Made by a program: the position numbers and the translations under genes
The notes under the pieces: generated by a model
Database searches by the model: none
What the model saw: the letters and a program-made list of their open reading frames with translations, nothing else
Told to the model about the DNA's origin: nothing
Shown: piece by piece, positions 34,861 to 46,800 of the stretch
How positions within the stretch are numbered: the stretch's first letter is position 1
Layout of the letters: every line of letters begins with the position of its first letter
DNA from: a virus
Taxonomy: Duplodnaviria; Heunggongvirae; Uroviricota; Caudoviricetes
DNA length: 49,311 nucleotides
Strand: one strand, 5' to 3'
Virus record (IMG/VR): IMGVR_UViG_3300010942_000265

Positions 34861-37800
34861 ATGATCAGCTGTCCAATTACTCAGTTACCTCTTGAAAATT
34901 TTTACAAGTATGTATTCCGCGCTATTAAAGATAGACTAGGGAATGATAAATCTTTTGATGTCAATGATTTCATGGAGAAATTATTTGAAGAGTCAGTTAA
35001 AAAAGGTGATCCTGAAACTGCAGCTAAATGGTTGCAAAGTACTCCGCGCGTAATTAATTTAATTATCACAAAATCATTTAGTGATAAGATTCCTTTAGTT
35101 AAAGGGTTGGATAGCATATATGGATTAATGGCTGATTTTTCTAAACCAAACGGTGAAGGATTTCAAAATGTTCTTAAGAAATATACAAAACCTGTTGATC
35201 TGTCAAATGTAAAAGATTCAGCAGTACAACAGTTAACTCTTGAGTTTAGTACCGAAGAAGAAGAGGATGAAGAAGATCAACCAAAAAAAGAAACTAGTTC
35301 AAGAAAAGAAGCTAGACTAAAAACTCCTGTAGTTATGTCTGGTACTCTTCAATCTTTTATACCGGTTGCTCCAGATAAAAAGTCTGATACTTATGTTGAA
35401 AGACTTGATAAACCAAGAGCTCAGATTCTTACTAATCTAGGTCTTTTAGGTGATGCATTAAGCTTAGCTGATCCGTTTGCTGGAGAGTTTACTTATCAAG
35501 GAAAACAAGTAAAAGTAAAAGCTACTAACTTGTATGCTTTTTCTCAACAAAATTTTAATGACCTTGATCCCACAACTCAAAAGGAAATTAAAGATTCAAA
35601 TGCTTTAGTTGTAAAAGGAAGAAACATAGAAGGGGTGACTCAAACAGAAGGTAGAGTTATTCTTGTTGTCACAGATCAATTTGGTGAGAATTTATATTTT
35701 GATCAAGAAGGTAACCTTACAACTAAAGGTAATGGATCTCTGGTATATCAATTTATGAGAGATGTCAGAGAAACTTCAACCGGATATACAGTAAGAGATA
35801 TCTATGGTAAAGAAGAACAGTTGATGTCTGCAGAGACATATGCAGAAATGACATATGATAAAGAAATTGATGGGGACTATAAAACATATGTTGAGGAAGT
35901 AAAAGATGCTAGAGAAAAAGAACTTAAGAGATTGTTTGAAATTAGAGAGCAAGCTTTAGGTGATGATGTGATGTTAGAATTCTCCGGGATTAGTACAGGG
36001 ATTACATCTGATCTCACAGCAACAAAACTTCCCCTATCAGATTTCCTAAAGATACCTGGTTCATCAAAGAAAAGTCTTAAAACTATCCGTACTCTTAAAA
36101 AAGCAGAAGGTAGTTTTAATAAGGGTAGAGCAGTAATTAATTTGAATGGAACAGACTTCCAAGTCAATAGATCTTCTATGCCTGATAGTGTAGCTGATCA
36201 GATTGCTGCAGTTATGTTTGATCCTAATATTCCATTTGAGACTAAGAAAGATTTCTATTCTCAGTTCATTCCTGAAGACAGTGATACAATGTTAGCATAT
36301 ACTATGCGTAAACATGAGATCATTCCTGATATGATGAAACAATCTTTTAGAATTAAGCTGTATGACACAGTAGGAAGTAAAGAGGGTTTTGTTACTCAAC
36401 CTGTTTATGACTTTGTTATTTCTAAAAATGTATTAGATAAAGCTACTAAAGAACAATTAGAGTCTGGTATAAAAGCATTTAGTGATACTTTGAAACAAGG
36501 TAGAGCAAATGGTAAAGCTACTTACATGTCTTATAAATCTGACTTGTTAAACAATGAAGAGTATTTGACATTTAATCTTGGTACCAAACAAATTGAGATT
36601 GGTAACTATATTGATTTCTTAAGTACTCTTGATGGATATGTAGATTTGTTTGATGGAGACCCTGGTTTCTATAATAAACATCTATTATTTAATGAGCCAA
36701 CTGATTTAGACAAACAAGTTAAAAAAGCAACTCAAACTGAAGTATCTTCATTTGATGCAGCACTTGATGAAGCAATTAAATTTGCACTAGAAAAAAAGGC
36801 ATTGGAGAATGCTAACAAAACAGCAAATGAAATTGAAGCTGAAGTTATTGCTGCGCGTGCAATGAGCCCTGAGTTTAAAGAGCAGTTATCATTACAAGGT
36901 ACAACTGGTAAGTATGATAGTTTTTATTATACAGCTAGTCTTATCCAAGCAATTAATAGTAACCGTGACCAAAGATATACTAGAGAAACAGCTGAAGAGT
37001 TGCGCGATATTTTTAGCGGTGCTAAGTACATAAGTGGTAAACAAATTGATACTATCAATGATACTATCAATAGAGCTTTTCCTAAACCAATGCAAGAGTT
37101 GCAGAATGATATTTCAATCATTCAAGGAACTATTGAACCTGAGATGCCGGATCCAACTACAGTTAATCCATCAACTAAAAAAGGAAGCTTACGCTCAAGA
37201 GCACCAAAGAATGACAGTCTTAACCGCGCGGGTTATATTGCTGATGAGATTGGTGAAAAAGATACAGCTAAAGTACTTGACTGGTGGGATAATACTAAGC
37301 TTGGTAAAGAATTACAAAAACATATTACATTAGAACATGCATACAATCTTGTTAACTCAGATGTATTTGCGCGCTTTATAATTAGTGGTGCTACATTATC
37401 TAACCCGGATATCATGGGTAGCATTCAGATTAATAAAGCTAAAGGTTCTTTAGTAGATATTTATCATGAGGCATGGCATGCATTTTCTCAATTGTATTTA
37501 ACGCGCCAAGAAAAGTATGGACTTTATGATGAAGTAGCTAATTACAAAGATGCTGATGGTAAGCAACCCTATAAGAACATGTCTTATAAAGATATTGATG
37601 AGTTGATTGCTGAAGACTTCAGAACTTACATGAAGAAAAGCTATGTCAAAAAAGGGTCTCCTTTAAGAAACAAGTTATTTAGAAAGATCTGGAATTTTAT
37701 TAAAGCATTATTTGGACGTAAGTCAAGCAACAATACTGAAGTTGTAACAGATATAATGAATGTTCCTGCAGTAAGAGAAATGTTTGAAAAGCTTAATTAC

Positions 37801-40800
37801 TCTTCAAACAAAAAATCTTTTGTAAGATCTTATAAGGCTAATATTGATAATGCTGATTTCTTTGAATTAAATAGAGGTATCAGTAAGTTAAATAGACCTG
37901 GTGATAGTGCACTAAGTGATCAAGACTCTAGATTAATTTCTGATACTATTGATATGATTATCTCTGATATCATTGATGATTACTACAGAGAGCGCTTAGA
38001 AGAAGCAGAAGAAACAGGTAACTATAACAGCTTAAAGTCAGGAACAATTGGTTTACTATTGGATCCTGAGCACCGCGCATTTACATATGAAATTGTTAAA
38101 GAAAGATTAGTAGAAAAACTAAACTACTTTAAAGAACAATTACATTCTCAACCAGGTATTGCACCATTTAGTGAAATCAAAACATTAGAGGATCTACAAG
38201 AGAATTCTGTAGCTGTATTGAAGTCTGCTAAAGGAGAAGACAAATATGTATTCTTACAGTCTCAGATAGATGGATTTGATAATTTAAATCCTGAAATGAA
38301 GAAAGGTACTAGAGTTAGAGGTGAGTCTTGGCATGGTATTAAAATAGTTGGTGATTTCTATTCACATAAAAGTGTAAAGAAAGATAAAAGACCGGTAGGG
38401 ATAATTGTAGTTTCTAGTCTTGAGGATATTGAAGTACAATATAATAACTATGTTGCCGGTGGAGCTAAAGATTACATAGGAGTTGAGATCAAAGATATTC
38501 CTGATTATGTATTGTCGGCAGAACAAGAATTTATATTAGATAATGTTAGAATTCTTCAGGCTGCTGTAGACAACTTTGGTAATACTCAATGGGAACTTGA
38601 AGGTGTTGATCCTACAGGAACAATTGCTTATCACTTAGAAAATTCTGACTTTGACATCTCTAAGAAAAGCTATGATCTTGATGCTAGTGAGCTTGATGAA
38701 AATGGTGATGAGATTGATGAAGATGAACAAAATGAAACACATGACTCTGAAACAAGTTATGGTAGTCAAGCAGGTAGTAAAAAGTCATTGTTGCAATTAG
38801 CTTCTAAAGAAGTTGTGTATATCCTTAAAAGTTTACATAAAGTAAACCGTGAAGGAGAAGTTGCTTATAACAGATTAGGTTTTAAAGAACGCGCGGATTT
38901 CAAAAAAGTATGGAACATTGTTACTAAAACAATTGGTGGTGTAAGAAACAGAGTAGAAGCTTATGAGCTTTTAAAACAAGAAGCTAAAAACTTCCCTGAG
39001 ATTGCACAGTTAATTGAAACTAAGTTTCCGGATCCAAAGTTAATTACCAACACATTTGAACAAGATGTAAGTACTTCATTCTGGCAAACATTTGCAAAAC
39101 CAGCTGTTAAGTATTGGCAGTTTACTGTATTCCCACAATATGAAAATGTGGTTAATGCATCAACAGGAGATGTTGAACTTAGCTTAACTGGATTTGAAGC
39201 TGATGTAACACAATCATCAATTGAAGTTGACAGCACAATTAGAAAGTTTGAATCATTATTTAAAGGTAGTGTTGCAAATGATTTTATTGATAAGAATTCT
39301 GATAACCAATCAGTACTTAAATTAAATGAAGTTGTTGAAGCATTCAAGAATCCTAAACACGCGGGTCAATTAAATACTGATAAAGCTTATGAATTTGCTG
39401 CAGCATTAGGAATGAAGCTTGATGATCTTCCGGTGATTAGAAAAAGCCTTAGAGAAAAAGCTGAGTATTATGGTCTTCCATACATCTATGATGTCATCAA
39501 AGACTTCAATGATATTCAAAAATCTACTACAGCAACTACAGAACAAATTGACTTCTTAAATCAATTCATTAGTAACCCTGTTGGATTATTAAGAACTGAG
39601 ATACCAAAAGGAGTACTAAAAAGCTTCAAAAAAGAAGTTGCAGAAAAGAACATCCTTAAAAGAATTGCAGAATTACAATCTCAATATGGATATGATTCTG
39701 CTAATCCTGGTATTTTATTACCTGACGGTAACAGAGTATTTGAAAATGTAAACCATAGTCAAGTTACAGTTACTGTAGATGCAATAAACAATGTAGACAA
39801 CTTAAGTGATTTCTGGACTAGACCTGAATTCCAATTCATGTCACATTTAAAACCAGGTAAATCCTTCTTTACAATGAGATCAAAAGTTTTAGGAGCAATG
39901 TTTGACACAGCTCAGGGAACATTTGAAAGTAAAGGGAATAGATCATTAGAGCTTTTACAAACTGCAGGTACTCAGATAGCAGAAGTTGAGGGTGTTAATA
40001 CATCTGACTTAGATAAGTTAGGTAAATTCTTCCAAGAGTTACATACATTTAGCTTAGGTGGTATTGCTGAATTCATCCGTCATGCTGAGAAAAAATCAGC
40101 ATTTGGTATCAAACAACTTGGTGGTAAAATGAAAGTTATTGCCAACGGTATTACTAATGGAGTAGATCAAAACTTATACATTGATCTAAACAAGTTTACA
40201 GCGCGTCCAGGACAAGAAATAAGTGATGGAGAAATTGTTGCTGTAGGTGGATACTTCCTTGATTATATTGCTGCAGAGTTTGATAGAATCAGATATTTCA
40301 AACAAAATCCTAAAGAACTTGAAACCATCAAAGGTTACAATAGAGAAATCAAAGATGAAAACGGAAAACTTTTAGGAAGAGCTGGAGAATTTTTCAGCGC
40401 GTTTGATAATGTTCTTACTAAAGATACTAAAAAAGAACTATATGCATTAGCATCAGATCCATTAGTTGATTTACCTACTCATATCAGAAACAATCAAGGT
40501 TTGTATCTTAATATACAGAATGACATTGTTCAGTACTTTAGAGAAAAAGCTGAATCAATTAAGTCTGATTACATGAGTCAAATGCCTTATATTGATCCTA
40601 AGCTTTATGAAAAAGCTGGAGTGGAAAAAGTAAAAGGTAAATATGTTGATTCTCAAAATGCTTTGATCAAAGGTTATTTATACAATGACTGGATGCATAA
40701 GTTTGAGATGTTCAATTTATTTAATGGTGATCTTGGACAGTTTAATCATGACAAACAAGAAGCAAGTAAACGTGCTCCTGGTTCTACATCAGATGGTGAA

Positions 40801-43800
40801 GGGTTTGTTAATGATAAGTACATGCATAACTTCATCAATAATGTATTTAACAAAAACACATATGCTAAAAAATTAGCTAAAGAAACAGGATTAGACGTTG
40901 ACAAATTTGTAATGGATGGTACATTAAATACTGGAGTCATTGCAGATGCTGAAAGAAAGTCTGTTTACTTAGATGAAATGTTAGAAGCATGGGAAGAAAA
41001 ATACCGTAATGATCTTGCACCTTTATATTCTAATAAAGCTGAATTAGAAAAAGAAATAAGCAGAAGACTTGCTAAAGATGCTAAGGCTTATAAGGAAATG
41101 AAGGAATCTGATGGTGCAGCATTTATGACATTTGATGCATATAGAAGTATCAGAAAAATGGGTAATAGTTGGGGCACTGCTCAAGAAGCTTTGTATCAAC
41201 AAATTGTTAGAGGTGAAGCTGTTGATCCATTAAAAGTAAGTGAGTTCTTCCCAATCTATAAATTACATTACTATGGAGCTATTGCTAATGCTCCTATAGC
41301 TGTAACAGCAATGCACAAGTTTGCGGTTACTCCTATTATTCCAACTATTGCTGTTGAGGGTACTGAGATTTATAATCTACATGTAAAGATGATGAAAGAG
41401 AATCGTCAGTATGTAACATTTGGATCTGGTTCTAAAGTTTCCAGTCTTACAACTGATGGTAATTTTGATAACATCTTTGGTGATGACACACAAAAGTCTG
41501 TATCTATGGATGCACCAATTAGAAATAATCAAATCTATTTGGAGTATTTGAAAGATGTAACTAAAGTAGCCACTAAGCTTAAGAAAGAAATCAGCTATCC
41601 TACTCAAAAACGTGTATTATTATTGGATGGTCTATTCAATGTTGGAGAAATCATACATAAAGTACATGAAGATGTAGCAAATGAGTATAAAGATTCTGTT
41701 GAAGATTACACAGAAACATTAGCTCTTGAGTTATTAAACAAGATTGGTTATGAGTATGATCCGGCTACTGGTAAGTATACAGGTAAGTTAGATAAGTTTA
41801 TTGAACTTATCAGAACTGAATTAGGAGCTAAGGAAGTTCCTGAGCATTTGATTAAGTTATTAGATGTAACACTTGCTGAGCACTTATCAATGGACTTCTC
41901 TGTTCATCCTGAAGCTGATACACTTGAAAAAATTATTGTAAACAGAATTCAGAAAAGTGTAATCAAGCAAAAGACAAAAGGTGAGTCTATGGTTCAGGCC
42001 CCATCTACATTCTATAATGGTGTGTGGAGTAGTCCTTTTGAAAGAGATCAGGCAATTAAAAAGAATGATGCTCTTATTAAAAAATGGTTAGGAAGTAATA
42101 TCTTACCATTCTATAGAAGAGGTGACTTAAAACCTGATGGAACAAGAGAAGCAACACATGCAATGAAAGTTGCTGTACCATTAAATGGTGACTTCTTGAA
42201 CTTGCTTAAATTAAAACATCCTGATGGTAATCCTATAGGGACAGCTGAGCGCCTAAATGATCTTATCAAAACAGATTCATGGTTAGAAGAGAATAGAGAG
42301 CTTATCACTATTACAGGGCCAAGGATTCCAACTGATGCTGCTAACTCTATGGAGTTTGCTGAGATCTGGCACTTCATTGATGCTGCTGCAGGTAATACTG
42401 TAATTGTACCAACTGAGATTGTTGCTAAAGCAGGATCTGACTTTGACGTTGATAAAATCTTCTTCATGTTACCTAACATAAATTCTGATGGTACTTTAGT
42501 TAAGGCACCGGCAGAAAGTTTGGATGAGTTGACAAAGATGGTTAAGGAAAGTAATACGCTTAGTAAAAAGGAAAGAAAAGAGAAAGGATTAAAAAATCCT
42601 CAAGCTCTTATTGATCAGTATAAAAAAGCAGCACAAAACCGCTTGATTAAAAACACCAGAAACATCCTCTCCTTACCAGAAAACTATGCAAGTTTAACAA
42701 AACCTAATAACACTTACTTAGTTGAAGATGAGGTAGACTTCTATGATAAAAATTCAGCGGGTTATAACAATAAAAAGAACGCGCATGGTGAACCAGTAAG
42801 AATGAATGGTAAGACTGAAGTAATGAGTCCATCAAGAGTATTTGATATTGACTATAACTTAAGTCAACATGAATCTAACTTGTCTGGTAACTTACCGTTA
42901 GGTATTATGGCTAAGAAAAATAAAGTACATGCTTTATTCAAAAGTGTTGGTGCCATTATGCCAAAATCATACAATGCAACTGTATGGAATGATGAGACTA
43001 AAAAGTATGATGAAATTCCTGCTAAGTATAATGTAGTGCTACACATGAAGCACAATAAAACTAGAAACAGTGCAGGAGAAGAAGTTGTATCATTATCAAA
43101 TGAGAACAATGTAAATGGTGAAAAGATTGGAGATATCTTCTCTCACGGACTTCAAGGATTACTTGACCGTGCTAAGAACCCATTCCCATTCAAACTTCAG
43201 ATTGTAAAAGAAGCATTGAGTACAATCAACCACCTTATTGAATCTGGTGTAAGTGTACCAGAAACATTTGCTTTCATTAATAACCCATGGATTGTTAGAT
43301 ACATTCAAAAACAAATGTATTATGGTGGTTCTATGGCTAAGCTTCAAGCAGAACCGGTATTAAGTCATCAAGTAAAATCTAAAGCCTTAAGAGAAACTGT
43401 TAATCAGTTAGCAGAATTTGGTGGTGAGGACATGAAGAAAACTGTATTTGAACTAGCTAATTACGCTAATGACCGCAGATTAGCAGATGTTCTTGATATG
43501 CTTAAAACAAAGAACTTAGATACTAAATATCTGGTTACTTTATTTGATGCTGATAGCAAACAACTAGTACAAAGACTTGTTACAGGAAAAAGAATGTTTG
43601 ATAATAAAGGTTTTCCATTTGATACTATCATGGAAATAAAAGAATTTGAATCAGACAAAATGGAGTATGAGTTAAAAACATACTACGCTAAATCTTCCGG
43701 TATTGCAAATAATGATAACTTCTATTATGCTGCAGAGGCTGCTTGGAGAAGAGCTTTTGGTGATAAAGAATACTTATCAGAAGAAGAATTAAAAGATCTT

Positions 43801-46800
43801 GTAGTTGGTGGTCTTAAACCAAGTATCCAAAATCTAGCTATCTTAATGCACATGATGCAGTTGGAGAAACAATTCAATGGAATGGATCAGCTAGAAATGG
43901 CCTTTAGTCCAGATACTGGTTTAATGGATACTACACTTCAGATCAAGAAGAGAGACAATGCCTTTAAAATGTTTGAGAGTGAGCAATCTAAAATTGATAA
44001 TGATTTCTTAAATAGATTGAGACATAATTCAATTTTGTCTTCATTCTACAAGAGTGATATGATCTTAGATCTTGTTGTTCCGTTGTTTTCTTTAAGGTTA
44101 AATGATTCTATCTCAGGATTTATTGAAAGAAAAATAGATCAAAATAGAGATATGATCAGTCAAAAGTTTGGGCCAGGTGTTAAAGGACAAGAAAGATTTA
44201 TCAACATGTATAACAATGCTGTTGTAAACTACATCTTCCAAAATACAATGTCTAACTATACTGATGAGAACGGGCAACCAGTTGTCCTACCAGAAGTAGT
44301 ACATAAGATGCCAGTTATTCAAGTCAAAAAAGGCCCAGCTGTATCAATTGTTAATGATGAAGTAAAAGTAAATCTAGAACAAATTACAAATGATTATGAC
44401 ACTAGAATTTTCTTAAGTTCTAATAATACAACTGAAGGTAATGCAGCTAATAATCTGGATACGTTTAACCCTGATCAGAATCCTTTCCCAACATTTGCTA
44501 GTTATTTAAAATTTGTTGTAGAGAAAGAGTACTTGAAAACAGGATACACTAAAGAATCTTTGGCAACAAACAAAGAGTTTATTAAGTTATCTAATCAAGC
44601 AGGTTCTCAAGATCTAGGTTATGATAAATACATTACTCAAAGAGCTTTGATGAATAGCTTTAACCGTGCTTTCATTATGGGTACTACTAAATACTCATAT
44701 ACAACTATGGTTATGGATATCATCAATGAGTTTGAGGAAAGTAATATCAAAGAAAACTTCCCTGTGTTAGCTCAATTAGCTCCAGCTAAATTTGTTAAAG
44801 AAGTAAATGTATTAGAACTTAATGATAAGGCAACGGCTAAAGGTGCTGTAGCTGATGATTACTATAAAAACTTAAAACAGTTAGGTGACATCACAGTAAG
44901 AAAAGTACAAAACAAAGAAGACAACAAAAGAATTAGTGAAGTATTTAAAAACTTCTCTATGCTTATGTTCTATCAGCATGGTATGGGTTATTCTAAATTA
45001 GGATTTGTAAAAGTTCTAGATCCGGAAGCCTTTACTGAGATCATGCAAAATGCATCAAACGCTTTCTTAAACAATGACTTGTCAGAACAAACATTTGAGA
45101 GAATTTATACTAGACTAAATACTAAGAGTCCATTTAAAAACTACACAGTTGATCCAAATAACATGGATGATATTGAGTCAGTTGAAGCATTTATCTCAAC
45201 GTTTTCTGAAGATGACTTTGCAGGTATGGAAGATTTCTTAGGTACACCAGCAGTTAATCAACCAGAAAATCAACCTACAGATTTATCAACTTATACAAAC
45301 CATTCAGGTGGTGCTTATGGTGGTGATACTTTTTGGGATATAATTGGTAGAGAGTTTGGTGTAACTAATCATAAGCATTATAGAGATGCTGGTAATACAT
45401 CTTTATCTGCTCAGTTAAGGAGGGCTGGTGTTGAAGCTGAAGTTCTTACTAAAGATCAAATGGATAAAGCTAGGACTGAAGTAGAAACATTACTTGGAGA
45501 AAAATATCCTGATACATTGCAAGGAAACTTACAAGTCAGAAACTATTATCAAGTAGCTAATGCAGATGCTGTATATGCTGTTGCTGAAATTGTGCCGTCT
45601 ACAAAACCTGAAGTTTTTGGTGGAACCAATACTGCTATTCAATTAGGAATAAAATTGGGTAAACCAGTCTATGTATTTGATTTAGATACAAAAAAATGGT
45701 ATACACAAGATAAATCATTTCTTGAAACAGGTTATGATGAAACTAAACATGAGTGGAATTATAATGGTTGGATGGAAACAAGTACACCTACTCTTACTAA
45801 AAACTTTGCTGGTGTAGGATCAAGAGATATTGAATCTTATAATGTAAAAAATGCAGAAGGTAAATGGGTACCAAGACCAAAATATAAAGGTATAGAAGTT
45901 GAAGAAGCTGCTAAACAAGCTATCAGAGAGGTATATGAGAATACTTTAAGTCAATCTGCAGAGATTACTCAACCTGCAAATATGGTTAAAGAAGGAGTAC
46001 AAGAACTATTTGATACTAATCCAGAATTAGCCTCTGTAGGAACACCTCAGCAATACTCTCAATACTTAGATACAGTGTTTCCTAATAGTAAAGTAAAAGA
46101 TATTCTTTATCATGGTGGAGATTTATCAAATATTGTTTCTCGTGAGCTACCGACTTTTTTCACTAAGGATATAAACTATGCAAATCTTTTTACAGGAGTA
46201 TCTGCAACGTCTGATGAAAAAAGAATACGTATTAAAGGTGCAACATATACAATTGATTCTATTGAAGAATTAGGAGATGAAAAATATGAAGTAACTACAA
46301 AAAATAATAAAAAGTTTATAGTAGGAAAGTTTGCAGAGTATTATACTGTTGATCCTATTCACGGATTTGAATCATCTAAAAAACCAATTACTGAATATAA
46401 CAAGCAAAGAAAAACAACATCTTCTGTATTTAAAGCTATTGTTAATGTTATCAATCCAGCTTATGTAAATGAAAATTCTTTTGAGAATTTTAAAAGCATA
46501 AAAGAAAAACTTACTGAAAATGATTCTATTATAGGTGAAGAAACAATTGACACTGTAAAAAGAGGAGCTAATAAATTTACAGCTGAAGGAGAAAGTATAG
46601 GAGTGTTTTCACCAGAACAGATTCATATACTAGGAAATAATGAAGATATAGAAGGATTTAAACAATTTGTACAAAGTGGAAATACCGTTCAAACTGTGGA
46701 TTCTTCACCAACAGCTATGATATCTGAATTTTATAATAGCTTAACTGAAGATCAGAAACAGATATTAGGTAACTTAGATGAGTTAATTGCTACATATGAA

